Origin: Anaeramoeba ignava BMAN
Taxonomy: Eukaryota; Protista; Anaeramoebae
Assembly: GCA_028826165.1 (NCBI GenBank)
Contig: JAPDFW010000082.1
Span: 124,001-188,000 of the forward strand
Direction of reading: 5' to 3'
DNA length: 64,000 nucleotides
The notes beneath the pieces were generated by a model. It ran no database searches and was not told the DNA's origin. It saw nothing but the letters and a program-made list of their open reading frames with translations. Shown here in pieces: positions 41,001 through 55,000 of the stretch (its first letter is position 1; each line of letters opens with the position of its first letter). The position numbers were made by a program, and so were the translations under genes.

Positions 41001-44000
41001 TGCAATTTGAACTTATGCAAAAGTTTTGTGGATTACTTCAACTTCCACCCAAACGTGAATTAACACAAGTTCCTAATAAATTTGGATTTTCCCTAAGAAT
41101 TAAATCTGCACAAGGACTACTTTCATCAGATATTGGAGGATTATCAGATCCATATTGTCAATTCAATTTAGGAGATAAAGAATATAAAACAAAAGTTGTT
41201 AAAGAAACATTATATCCTAGTTGGAATGAAGAATTTACAGAAAACATCGAACCTGAAAAAATTTCCAAACTTGCAATTTCAATTTGGGATTGGGATCGAG
41301 TTGGAAAGAATGATTTCCTTGGTAAAGCAAAATTTCCATTTATTTCATTAATGAAAAATGATATTCAAACAATGGGATTTATTAGACCAATTTATATTTT
41401 CAAAGAAGAATTGAAAGTATTTCCACTACCTGATCCTAAATTAGGACCAAGACCACAACATGGAGTTTTGCGTGTTGTTCTTCGAATTGAAATACCTGAT
41501 AATTTTGATATTCAAAAAATCAACCAGTTTGTTGGAATAATTCCCAAACCTTTGAAATATGAATTATCACCCAAACCTGGAAAAGTTTCAATTTCATTCA
41601 CAGTTTCGAAAGGACACGGAATTCCTTCTGCTGATATTGGGGGATTATCAGATGGTATTTGTAAATTGAAACTTGCTAATAAAGAATTTAAAACTGATGT
41701 TAAGAAAAACACACTATATCCTGTTTGGAAAGAAACCTTTACTCAAAAAGATTGTGAATTAGATGATATTAAAAATGTTAAAATGACAATTTGGGATTGG
41801 GATAGTGTTGGTAAAAATGATTTAATTGGAAGATCCAAAGTTAAAATTAATGAATTATTAAAATCAGTTTTAAGAAAAGATCAATTAATTTATATTCTTA
41901 AATATCAAGTTCCAATCCTCAAGAAAATAGATCCTAAAACAGGAAATGAACCACAACATGGTAAAATTACAGGTAAAATTAGAATTGAATTTGCACAAGA
42001 TTTTGATTTTGGATTGATTCAACAATTTGTTGGAATAATTCCTAAAGTTTACAAATATGAATTATCACCCAAACCTGGAAAAGTTTCAATTTCATTCACA
42101 GTTTCGAAAGGACATGGAATTCCTTCTGCTGATATTGGAAAGAAACCTTTATCAAAGGATTATCAGATGGTATTTGTAAATTGAAACTTGCTGGTAAAAA
42201 TGAAAGAAATTTAAAAACTGAATGTTAAGAAAAACACATTATTTCCTGATTGGAAAGAAAAACATGGTCAAAGATTGTGAATTAGACGATTTTGATTTTA
42301 AAAATTTGTTAAAATTGACTAAATTTGGGATTGGGATTCGAGTTGGTTTAAAAATGATTTAATTGGAAGATCCAAAGTTAAAATTAATGAATTATTAAAA
42401 ATCAGTTTTAAACCAAATAAAAACGTTAATTTATATGGATCGAGTTGGTAAAAATGATTTAATTGGAAGATCCAAAGTTAAAACCAGAAAAGATCAATTA
42501 ATTTATATTCTTAAATATCAAGTTCCAATCCTCAAGAAAATAGATCCTAAAACAGGAAATGAACCACAACACGGTAAAATTACTGGTAAAATTAGAATTG
42601 AATTTGCACAAGATTTTGATTTTGGATTGATTCAACAATTTGTTGGAATAATTCCTAAAGTTTACAAATATGAATTATCACCCAAAGAAGATAAAATTGC
42701 AGTTGCATTCACAATTTCAAAAGGACATGGAATTCCTTCTGCTGATATTGGAGGATTAACAGATTCTTATTGTCAATTAAGATTAGGATTAAATGAACAT
42801 AAAACTGAGGTTAAGAAAAACACATTATTTCCTGATTGGAAAGAAACATTCAAAAATTCATCTTTAACATTAAAAGAATTAAAAGAAATTAAAATGACAA
42901 TTTGGGATTGGGATCGAGTTGGTAAAAATGATTTAATTGGAATAGCTAAAGTGAAAGTGAATGAATTATTAAAAACAGTTTTAAAACCGAATCAGTTAAT
43001 TTATATTGTTAAATACCGAGTTCCAATTCAAATGAAAGTTGATCCAAGAAAAGGACCACAACCAACACATGGGCAAATTACTGGTAAAATTAGAATTGAA
43101 ATACCACAAGGATTTAATTATGATATATTATCACAATGGAGTGGATTAACACCAAGAATATTCCAACATACTTTACCAATCAAAGAAAACACAATTGCAA
43201 TCAAATTCAAAATCAAGAAAGGATTTGGATTACCACAATCAGATTTAAGTGGATTAACTGATGGATATTGTAAATTTAGACTTGGACAAGAAGATAACGA
43301 AACCAGAATTGATAAAGGAACATTATATCCAAGTTGGAAAAATACTTTTACTTCTAATTTAACATTAAAAGAATTAAAGAAAATCAGAATACAAGTTTGG
43401 GATTGGGATAAAGTTACTGCACATGATTTCCTTGGAATAGCTAAAGTGAAAGTGAATGAATTATTAAAAACAGTTTTAAAACCGAATCAGTTAATTTATA
43501 TTGTTAAATACAGAGTTCCTATTCAAATGAAAGTTGATCCAAGAAAAGGACCACAACCAAAACATGGAGAAATTACTGGTAAAATTAGAATTGAAATACC
43601 ACAAGGATTTAATTATGATATATTATCAAAATGGAGTGGATTAACACCAAGACAATTCCAACATACTTTACCAATCAAAGAAAACACAATTGCAATCAAA
43701 TTCAAAATCAAGAAAGGATTTGGATTACCACAATCAGATTTAAGTGGATTAACTGATGGATATTGTAAATTTAGACTTGGACAAGAAGATAATGAAACCA
43801 GAATTGATAAAGGAACATTATATCCAAGTTGGAAAAATACTTACACATCTAATTTAACATTAAAAGAATTAAAGAAAATCAGAATACAAGTTTGGGATTG
43901 GGATAAAGTAAGTGCACATGATTTCCTTGGAATAGCTAAAGTGAAAGTGAATGAATTATTAAAAACAGTTTTAAAACCAAATCAATTAATTTATATTGTT

Positions 44001-47000
44001 AAATACAGAGTTCCAATTCAAATGAAAGTTGATCCAAGAAAAGGACCACAACCAAAACATGGAGAAATTACTGGTAAAATTAGAATTGAAATACCACAAG
44101 GATTTAATTATGATATATTATCACAATGGAGTGGATTAACACCAAGACAATTTCAACATACTTTACCAATCAAAGAAAACACAATTGCAATCAAATTCAA
44201 AATCAAGAAAGGATTTGGATTACCACAATCAGATTTAAATGGATTAACTGATGGATATTGTAAATTTAGACTTGGACAAGAAGATAATGAAACCAGAATT
44301 GATAAAGGAACATTATATCCAAGTTGGAAAAACACTTACACATCTAATTTAACATTAAAAGAATTAAAGAAAATCAGAATACAAGTTTGGGATTGGGATA
44401 AAGTAAGTGCACATGATTTCCTTGGAATAGCTAAAGTGAAAGTGAATGAATTATTAAAAACAGTTTTAAAACCAAATCAGTTAATTTATATTGTTAAATA
44501 CAGAGTTCCTATTCAAATGAAAGTTGATCCAAGAAAAGGACCACAACCAAAACATGGGCAAATTACTGGTAAAATTAGAATTGAAATACCACAAGGATTT
44601 AATTATGATATATTATCACAATGGAGTGGATTAACACCAAGACAATTTCAACATACTTTACCAATCAAAGAAAATACAGTTGCAATCAAATTCAAAATCA
44701 AGAAAGGATTTGGATTACCACCAGCTGATAAAAATGGATTAACTGATGGATATTGTGAATTTAGACTTGGAAAAGAAGATCAACAAACCAGAGTTGATAA
44801 ATCAACATTATATCCAAGCTGGAAAAACACTTACACATCTAATTTAACATTAAAAGAATTAAAGAAAATCAGAATACAAGTTTGGGATAAAGATAAAGTA
44901 ACTACAAATGATTTCCTTGGAATAGCTAAAGTGAAAGTGAATGAATTATTAAAAACAGTTTTAAAACCGAATCAATTAATTTATATTGTTAAATACAGAG
45001 TTCCTATTCAAATGAAAGTTGATCCAAGAAAAGGACCACAACCAAAACATGGAGAAATTACTGGTAAAATTAGAATTGAAATACCACAAGGATTTAATTA
45101 TGATATATTATCACAATGGAGTGGATTAACACCAAGACAATTTCAACATACTTTACCAATCAAAGAAAACACAATTGCAATAAAATTCAAAATCAAGAAA
45201 GGATTTGGATTACCACCAGCTGATAAAAATGGATTAACTGATGGATATTGTGAATTTAGACTTGGAAAAGAAGATCAACAAACCAGAGTTGATAAATCAA
45301 CATTATATCCAAGCTGGAAAAACACTTACACATCTAATTTAACATTAAAAGAATTAAAGAAAATCAGAATACAAGTTTGGGATAAAGATAAAGTAACTAC
45401 AAATGATTTCCTTGGAATAGCTAAAGTGAATGTGAATGAATTATTAAAAACAGTTTTAAAACCGAATCAGTTAATTTATATTGTTAAATACAGAGTTCCA
45501 ATCAGAATGAAAACTGATCCAAGAACTGGAAAACAAATAACACATGGAGAAATTACTGGTAAAATAAGAATTGAAATACCACCAGGATTTAATTATGATA
45601 TATTATCACAATGGAGTGGATTAATACCAAGAAAATTTCAATATACTTTACCAATCAAAGAAAATACAGTTGCAACCAAATTAAAAATCAAGAAAGGATT
45701 TGGATTACCACCAGCTGATAAAGATGGATTAACTGACGGATTCTGTAAGTTTAAATTTGGACAAGAAGATCAACAAACCAGAGTTGATAAATCAACATTA
45801 TATCCAAATTGGAAAAACACTTACACATCTAATTTAACATTAAATGAATTAAAGAAAATCAGAATACAAGTTTGGGATAAAGATAAAGTTAGTGCAAATG
45901 ATTTCCTTGGAATGGCCAAGGTAAAAGTTCGAGATAATTTAAGAGAAACTTTAAGAAAATATTATCAAACACCAAATCAAACACAACCACCAATATTCAT
46001 AATTCATATTCCTAATGTTCCAATTATTTTACCAATTAATCCAAGAACTGGTCCACGAGGATCACATGGAAGAATATCAGTTAAACTTCGAATAGAATTT
46101 CCAATTAATATGAATCCTAATTTAATTTCACAATGGTCAGGATTAACAACTCCAATAAAAACACCAAAAATTCTTGGGCCTGATGCATCAAAACCTGTTT
46201 GGGGAGTTTCAATAAAGATACGTAAAGCAAACAATGTCCGAGCATCTGATTCAAACAATCTAAGTGATCCATATTGCAAATTTGTTTTAGGAACAAAAGA
46301 ATTCCAAACAACAACAACTCATAACACATTATATCCAGTTTGGAAAGAAAAATTCCGAGAAGTTATTGATCCAACAACATTCCAAAAAATACGAGTTTCT
46401 GTAATGGATTATGATAAATCGTCCAAAGATGATCTTTTAGGATTTGCAACATTTGATTTAAAACCTATTGTTGGGAATAAATATAACCAAAATGAATGTG
46501 TATTTGTTGAAAGAATAACAAAACCAATTAGATATAGTTCAAAACCAGGAAAAGTATATCCAGCAAATTTAGGGACATTAGAAGTTACAATAAGAATTGA
46601 AATACCAATTAAAGTTTATACACAACAAATGGTTAATAAAATTGTAAATCCTTTCCCAGAAAACGAATATGTTATTCTCCAAGATCCAAATTCAAACCAA
46701 GTTGGATTTGAGGTTGTAATCAATAAAACACGAGATCTTATTTGCCAAAAACCAGATAAATTTGCTAATCCATATTGCCAATTCCAATTAAACAATCAAA
46801 AATTAACAACAAATGTTGTGAAACACAATAATCATGCTAAATGGAAATCACATTTCCGTTCAATTGGAAATATTGATATTTTCAGAAGATTTACAGTTGA
46901 TGTTCTCCATCAAAGCAAGAAATTATTAAGCAATAAAGTTTCTAAAACATACTATCTTGGACATTTCAATATTAGCGTATTTAAACTTATTAAAGAATCT

Positions 47001-48119
47001 GTTAAACAAGGTAAAATGATCAATATTATTAAAGGGATGTGGTTTAATGTAAAATCACCACGAGATGGGAAAACAGGAAAAGTAGCAAATATTGGAAAGA
47101 TTCATATCAAACTTCGAGTTGAATTACCTCAAACAATTCAAATGAATTATGTACGAGCATTATGTGGAATTGAAGGCTATGCACCACCAGCAATTCTTTT
47201 TAATCCACAAAATTTAGCACAAAATCAATGGGGATTAAGATTATTTATCAAATCAGGATTTTCACTTCTTTCGTTAGATTCAAATCATTTATCAGATCCA
47301 TATGTAACAACACGAATTGGAACACAAGATTTCCGAACACAAACAATTATGAAAACATTATATCCAGAATGGAGAGAAAATTTTGATATTATAAGCGATT
47401 TAAAAGATCTTAAGAAAATTCGACTTAATGTTATTGATTACGATAAAGTAAGCAAAGATGATAAAATTGGAGTTGTTACACTTCGTTTATGGAATTTACT
47501 TGGAAAACATTTAAAACCTAACCAAACAACTTATGAATTTAAAGTCAAAGAACCTATTATTGTTAAATCTGATGAAAGATTTGAAGTTAATAAAAAACAT
47601 GGTTTATTGAAAATGATTATCCATATCCAACTTCCTTTTACAGCACAATGGGATTTTATGAGTCGACTTTGTGGATTATCACCACAAATTTATGAACCTA
47701 TTATGAAGGTTGGAATTGGACAATGGGGAGTTAAATTCGATATTATTCGAGGAATTGGAATACCACCAGCAGATAAAAATGGACTTTCTGATGGTTATAT
47801 TGTTCTTAAATGTGTTACATCTTCTTTCAAAACAAAAGTTGTTTCAAAAACTCTTAATCCTATTTGGAAAGATTCTTTTGAAATTATTGATTCACCACAA
47901 GAACTGAAAAAAGCATATTTAGAACTTTTTGATGCAGATAAAATGACAACAGATGATAGAATTGGGCATATTACTCTTCATTTACATGAATTATTCCAAC
48001 AACATCCACCACCACAAGGATATTCAGTTTCAGTATTTAAAGATTGGTATGATTTATATGATCAACAAGATAAAAAACATGGAAAAATTCAAATCCGAAT
48101 TCGAATTGAAGTTAATTAA
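38021..48119 (+). CDS. Giant multi-C2-domain protein (~20 C2 domains, ~3,350 aa), apparently one intronless gene, with the frame disrupted at ~42140-42490
   Basis: ORFs 38021-42184 and 42435-48119 both consist of ~165-aa units with C2 signatures (L.xxD.xG.SDPY/F, KTL.P.W.E.F, DWDRVGKND.LG). The gap is a garbled copy of the same unit. Confidence 0.88.
41540..45960 (+). repeat. Near-identical ~495-bp coding tandem repeats (C2 units 8-16)
   Basis: For example, tcaaattcaaaatcaagaaagg occurs at 43201 and 43696 (495-bp period). There are six KKGFGLP copies and three SKGHGIPSADIG copies. Confidence 0.93.
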
Positions 48120-48389
48120 CTTCTTTTCTTTTTTTTTTCTTTTTTTTAATTCTTCTTTTTAATTCTTTTTTTTAATTCTTTTTTTTAATTCTTTTTTTTA
48201 ATTCTTTTTTTTAATTCTTTTTTATTTCTTTTGAAAGCAAAACAAAAAGGAAATAATCAAAACTTAATAAAAGAAATAACTTTCCAAATTCTCTTTTTTT
48301 TTCTTTTTTCTTTTTTCTTTTTTAAAATGTTTAAATAAAAATTTTGTTTAAAGTTTTATTTCAAAATCGGATAAAAAAATGAATAAAAA

Positions 48390-49000
48390 ATTTTAATTTT
48401 AAATTGAATTTTAATTTTAATTAATTTTAATTTTAATTTTAATTTTATAAATGAATTTTAATTTTAATTTTAATTTTAATTTTAATTTTAATTTTAATTT
48501 TAATTTTAATTAATTTTAATTTTAATTTTAATTAATTTTAATTTTAATTTTAATTATAATTTTAATTTTAATTTTAATTTTAATTTTATAAATGGATTTT
48601 AATTTTAATTTTAATTATAATTTTAATTTTAATTTTAATTTTAATTTTAATTTTAATTTTAATTTCAAAATGAATTTTAATTTTAATTTTAATTTTAATT
48701 TGAATTTAATTTTAATTTTAATTTTAATTTTAATTTTAATTTTAATTTTAATTTTAATATTAATTTTAATTTTAATTTTAATTTTAATTTTAATATTAAT
48801 TTCAAAATGAATTTTAATTTTAATTTGAATTTTAATTTTAATTTTATAAATGAATTTTAATTTAATTTTAATTATAATTTTAATTTTAATTTTAATTTTA
48901 ATTTTGATTTTAATTTTAATTTTAATTTTAATTATAATTTTAATTTTAATTTCAAAATGAATTTTAATTTTAATTTGAATTTGAATTAAATTAATTTTTT
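48390..49000. repeat. (AATTTT)n array between the convergent C2 and SMG1 genes
   Basis: Starts about 35 nt past the SMG1 stop and contains ATAAATGAATTTT/CAAAATGAATTTT variants. Confidence 0.92.
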
Positions 49001-49034
49001 TGTGATTTTAATTGAATTTGTAATTTTGTTATAT

Positions 49035-52000
49035 TTAAATCCACGCATTCCATCCATAAAACATCTGAGAAAGATTATCAATATTTGTTGCAACTGAAAT
49101 CAAACGATCAACTTGATCTTCAACAGATTCATTATCAGTAAGTTTTCGCTTAACATTTGCAATAGCACGATTAGCAAAATCTTCAGTTTCTTGAAACCTC
49201 GCAGCATTTGAGGCAACCTTTTGCTCATAAAGACGGATTGGCTCAGAAAGATAATCGAGATTGCGGAGATATTGAAGCTCCTTTTGGGTCAATTGCTGCC
49301 GCTCTTTTGGGATGATTGATTCGATTTTGCCGCTCTCAATCTTGTGGTTTGTATCGAAACTATAAAAGAGAGCGTTGGAAGTTGCCATTCTGATTTGGGT
49401 CCATTTGGCCATAAGATCAACAAAGGATGTGCGGATATCGGAAAGCTGATTTTTTCTTTGCAAACTTGATTTCGAAAATTCTTCGCCTGTATGATCCGCA
49501 AGAATTCTCGATGTCTGCTCAAGATCTTTACCGAGAAGCTCGAGGAAATGGTTGAATTGGATGAAGAACGCAGACTTGACGTTCAAAAGAATGGTGACGG
49601 CTAATCCGAGCGGGACATAATTCGCGCGAATTGAGGGTTTGATCATGTTCTGGAGATACGAGTCAGACTCATCCCACAGCACACGCTGTATTTGGAAGTA
49701 TTTATGCGTGTTTGTCTGCAGTTTCGAGCACACTGAGACTTGCTTTGCAAGATCGCTCTTGAGTTGGACAATAAGACGTTGGTTTTGGGGGATATTTTGG
49801 GTCAAAATTTGAAGTTGAGATTTTTGGATCTCGATCTGATGGAGAATGGCATCAGATTGCTTGGCGACGGAGAAATACTCACTCCACGCTGGGTAGACGG
49901 ACTGCAAGAACATGAGGAGCTTGTGAACAACAACGGAGTTTTCGCTATCAATGTTGTCGTTTCTCATGGTGTCCTCGAAATACAAGACCTGGGAACAGAG
50001 ATTGGAGAGTATTTGTGTGAGTAAGTCCGTTGGAGTATTGGAGGACTGTGTGGAGGGTGCGAGTAGTGATAATGATTCCCATATCTTCTGGCGAATGATC
50101 TGCTCCGGACTGTTTTGGCGATTGCTCTTCGTTTGGGGGATTTTGGAGAGTTGTGACAGTATAATATCACGGATTTCATGGATTATCGATGACACAGCTT
50201 GAACGCGCCAGTGCGTTTTTTTCAGTTGATCCAGAGCGTCATTGATTTCGGAGAGGATCTGGAAACGATGTCTTGAGTTACAGAACGCAATTTCCATGGT
50301 TGTTGGGTCGCGGATCTGATTAATGTCTGCGATCCACTGGAATTGAACAAATTGCGAGTTGATAGCACTCAACTCTGTATGAATCTCGTTTGCTCCCTGC
50401 TCAAGAACAGCGAGATAGGATGCTGTGTGCGAGAGCTGGTACTTTGCATCGAGATAGTGCTGGTATGTGTTTGTAACCGTCTGCATTTGTGTATCTGAAA
50501 GTGGGGATGATTTGAGACGAGAATGCGCATATTGAACAATATCCTCAAGCGATTTTGAGATTGCGGGGAGAAGAATCGAGAGCGCAAACTCGATCAAAAA
50601 CGGGTGGATATAAGCACGGATGCATTCGTGAATGATCTGCGGGGATTCAAGTGTTCCGATAGTCTCAAAAATATGGGGGATTATTCCGCAGATAGCTTTA
50701 ATTTTAGAAACTTGGAGATGTTTTTCGTGGGAATAGAACAGATTTTTGTAGTCGAGGGGGAGAACCTGATACACAGAGATTACTTGTGAAATGAATAACT
50801 CGAAGATGGAGAGGAGACGCACAAGAATAGTGTTGTTTGCGTCGTGAGTTTGTGCGCCCAAGATGGAGGCGAAGTCAGAAAGATAATGATCAGGCATTTG
50901 GACGTTATGAGTAATAGACACATAAAGCTGAGCAAGTGCGGTTATTGTCTGCGTGTCTGGAACAGAGAGCACAGGATACACGCTGCGGGTTGAGTCTGTG
51001 GGGTCTTTTTTCTGCGCAATTTCCAGATAGCGAAGAATTTCCGGAAGCGTTGTGGATTGCATTTGGTTCAAAAAAGAAGCAGCCATGTTTCTCAGGATTG
51101 CTTCGTAGCTTTCGGTTGCGGTCAGAAATCGCGTCTCAGAAAGAAGCTCTTCGGTGTGCTGCTGCGATGAGGTTGACAACAGCTCGAGACACATTTTGCA
51201 CTTGCCGAAAACTTGTGACAGCGAAGAATTGAGTTTTTCCCATTGATTTTCATCCGGAAGTGTCGACAACTCGCGCATCATTTGATCCCCGATTGAATGG
51301 ATCACAAAAGCCGTTGAACGGAGAAGGATCTCGAATCTATTTGTGCGAAGTCGGGTAAGTGGGCCAATCTGCAAGTCGGAGTCTGGTCCGGGTGTATCCT
51401 TCTGCAGATGCGCAAGATATTGCTCGATTGTGTCCGAAAGTTTTCGGGATTGCTTCTGTGTTTCCATCTCGAGCTCGCGTCGTTGCTCATCAATAATTGC
51501 GAGTTGTGTCTGGCGCTGTTCGTGTTCAAACACGAGATTGTTGATTCTGTTCGTGAACTGGCTGTACTGCCGCATTTTCTGCTCTTCAGACTCTGACTGG
51601 CAATTTGGAAGCACTTCTTGTTCAATGGTCTTATGAAGCAATCCCAGTGGCGTCTGGAGCATCGTCTCCATGTTCTTGGTCCATATCGAAATCTTGCTTA
51701 GATCCGCGTAATTCGGTCCCATTGTGAGTACAACCTTCTGGTATTTCTCCAAACTCTCGCTGCATCTGCGTAGTGCAATGAGATGATCATGATTCACTGC
51801 GTTTGCTCGTTCTTCATACACTCCACAAATCTCTGCGATTGTGGCTGCTTTTTGCAGCTTGTCAATCAGAACTTGCGCGCTGTCATCTTGTTCCACTTTT
51901 CGGTTTTCATTCTCAAATTGAAGTATCCAAAGTTGAATTTTCGCGAAGTCAATTCCATTTTGTGATGGATTTGATTCTGCTAAAGCCATTAGTACCGAAA

Positions 52001-55000
52001 GCAACTGCAATTCTGTGTTCCCCATCTGCTGGATATTTTGCAGTTGCGTCTCGATGCTTTGTACCAAGGGGCGCAGCATCGAGGGAGATTGGAATATTCG
52101 CATCATCTGCGAAAATTGTTTGTTTTTTTCGCGGTATATCCCAAGCTGGTTATGAATCTCCGCGACAATTTTCCTGCGCTCGGAATCGTGAGCATGTATA
52201 TCGGATTCCAGCTGCGCCATTCTCTGTGCTAAGATACTATATGCTGATTCGAGTTCCTGAATCTGCGGGAGGAGTTGTTGGTACATCTGCGAATCTTGCG
52301 CAATTTGCATCTCGCGCTCCTCGATTCGCAGAAGGTTTTCGTGCATCGCCTCAGAAAGATGGAACATTGAGTGGAAAATATGAACAAGTTCGCGACTGTA
52401 CGGCAATATGTTGTGTTTTTGGAAGCTTTTTTCTGCGAGCGGCGGTTCTTCCTCGCGCAGAAGTGACATGATTTCATTCTCACAAGAAACGCATTGAGAA
52501 TGTGCATTTTCAGCAATTTCGAGTTCGTCGGAAAGAAGCGTTTCTTTGAAACTAAACGATGTGTTTGTTCGGTGAATTTGATCCGTTTTTTCCCACAACT
52601 TCGTGATCGCAAAATTCAGGAACATATGGAGCTTGAACATGCGATCTCGACTATCCACGACCCATTCCCTCAGTGGATCGCAAAGAAACGGGTCGAGTAT
52701 CTGCAGAAGAACCTCGCTATTTGCGCGCAGTATTTTGAGCGCGTTGACACATTGAACTTTGAAACATCCGAATAATCCTGTCGGATCAAGTCCCTCTCGC
52801 ACAATTTTTGTGATTCGGAACGGCACACGCTCAGGAACCTTCAGCTGTTGTCCCTTGTCAAAGCACACATTGTAGTCGATGTGAACCACCTCGCCAAGTC
52901 GCTGATCAAATAGGATGTTTGACAAATGCCGATCTCCGAGTCCAATTACATGTCCCACCATGCTCATCAACGACACAGATCGGGAATATGTTCTTGCCCG
53001 TTTCCACCAGTCTTCCGACGAAATGCTCGAGCAAAGCAGCTCGTTTCCGATGATTTCGTCTGGTGTCTCTGACTGGAGTCGCTCAAAAAGTCGTTTCAAA
53101 ATCTCGAGCGGATATTTTTTTGGATTGAATGTTTCAACCGTTTTTTTCTTCTTCTCGTTTTCTTTTGATTTCTCATTGATGTCAATATCTGCATTTTTTT
53201 TCGGTTCTTCGTTTGCGTCAACGGATTGCTGTTGTTTCTGCATTTCCTCTTCCAGATACTTGTGGTATTTCTCGTTAGGACTCGATATTTCCAATCCAAG
53301 ACTTGATTTTCGATCATTTGCCTGCCGATACAACTCAAGAAGAGGCACTCCATCCTCAACCCATTCAATAAGACCCGATTGCGTTGAAAGAGGAATCACC
53401 GAATAAACTCGTGCTCGCATGTTCTGTGTTGTTTTCTGTCTGCGCACCGCTTGTTGGAGTGTGTGCAGATGCTTTGCATTTTTAGAATTTTTTGAGTCCG
53501 CTTCGCTTCTCAGGAAAAATTGGTATCTTTTCTGTCGCCGTTTTGTGTGCATAAGGAGAAGCTCGTTGAATATTGTCAAGAAATGGATGATCCGTTCATC
53601 CAGTCGGGTATCCTCATTTGCTTTGAGTAGATAGTGATGATATTTTCCTGTCGTATCCTGGAAAACAAGTCTTTTGGGTCGTGTTTTTGTGAAAAGAACC
53701 CCAACGCGCGGTCCTACTTTTGCAAGTTTGATTGTCTGCAGCTTCTCGTTTGATCTCAACTTCGGGATCTGTATCTCGTCGCTTTGCAGTCCCGAGAGCC
53801 ACGGACTGATTGTTTCCGTTGAAATTTCGTTGCGTTTGAGAATATTTTCCAGTTGAGCACCGATTGTACGTATCCTGGTCCAGGATTCGTCAAAATTTTC
53901 AGCATCTTGTGGAGAACGCATGTCCTCAAATGCTTCCAAAAGAGATTCTCCGAAAGCATCGATAAATTTCTTTTCGTGAGGAGTCAAATTCGTTTGGTTA
54001 CGGATTGTGTTTTCAACCAACTCCTGGAACTTGTTCAAATATGGCTCCATAAAACGTTGGTATTTGTGTATTGGTTGTGACTCTGCGCTTTGCGATTTTA
54101 GTTGATTAAACAGTAGATTGATTCCTCCGTTTGTTCCGTTTATTGTTAACGCTCTTGACAGCCATTGTGAAAGTGCCGAATTGATTTTGAACTGAGAAAC
54201 TAATTGTGCCCATTTTTCATCAACTAATTGTGATATTCGCTTCATTTCTTGAACAAATCGTGTTACTCCCGCGACTGTCTTGCTTGTTTCTTCTCCTTTC
54301 TTCATCAATTTATGTACCACCTCTTCGTAGCTGTCTTGGATTGCTTTCTGGTTTGCGTTCAATCGCCACACTATCGTTGGAAGTAGAATTTTGTGCGGAA
54401 ACTCTTCTCCCATTCTGACAAGCAAATCAGTCAAAACTCTCCGCAAATTCTCGCTATTTTGAGATATATCGTTCATACGTGCAAATAGTTGTGGGAGAAT
54501 CATTACCCATGGTTTTGCGGGTGTTGTTGCTATCAGTTTTCGGAAGAGTGTGTTGAATTTATTTGAGAATTTTTTGAGATATACGAATATTCTTATGACT
54601 GCCATTGTGCTGTATTCTGTGTGTTTGTGTGCTGAGAGTTGGAGGAATTTGAACAATGCTTGAATTGCGCTTTGTGAGAATTTGAGCATTTTAGAATTAT
54701 TGAAATTATTAGAATTATTGAAATTATTGAAATTATTTGAATTATTGAAATTATTAGAATTATTTGAATTATTAAAATTATTGAAATTATCAAAATTATT
54801 TGGATTATCAAAATTATTGGAATTATATTTCTTTGAATTAAAATTAAATTTTCTTGAATCGCTCTCATTATTCTCAAGTCCAAGCATACTCGTCAACAAA
54901 AAACACCAATCACTATACTTCTTCCACATCCGAGATGATGCTTGACAACTTTCTAACCCAAATAAATATAAATTCTCAATATCATCAATATCATGCTCAC

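Noticed and set aside
41540-45960. Regular long repeats as CRISPR array or mobile element
   Set aside because: Contiguous in-frame coding units with no spacers, terminal repeats or transposase/RT motifs.
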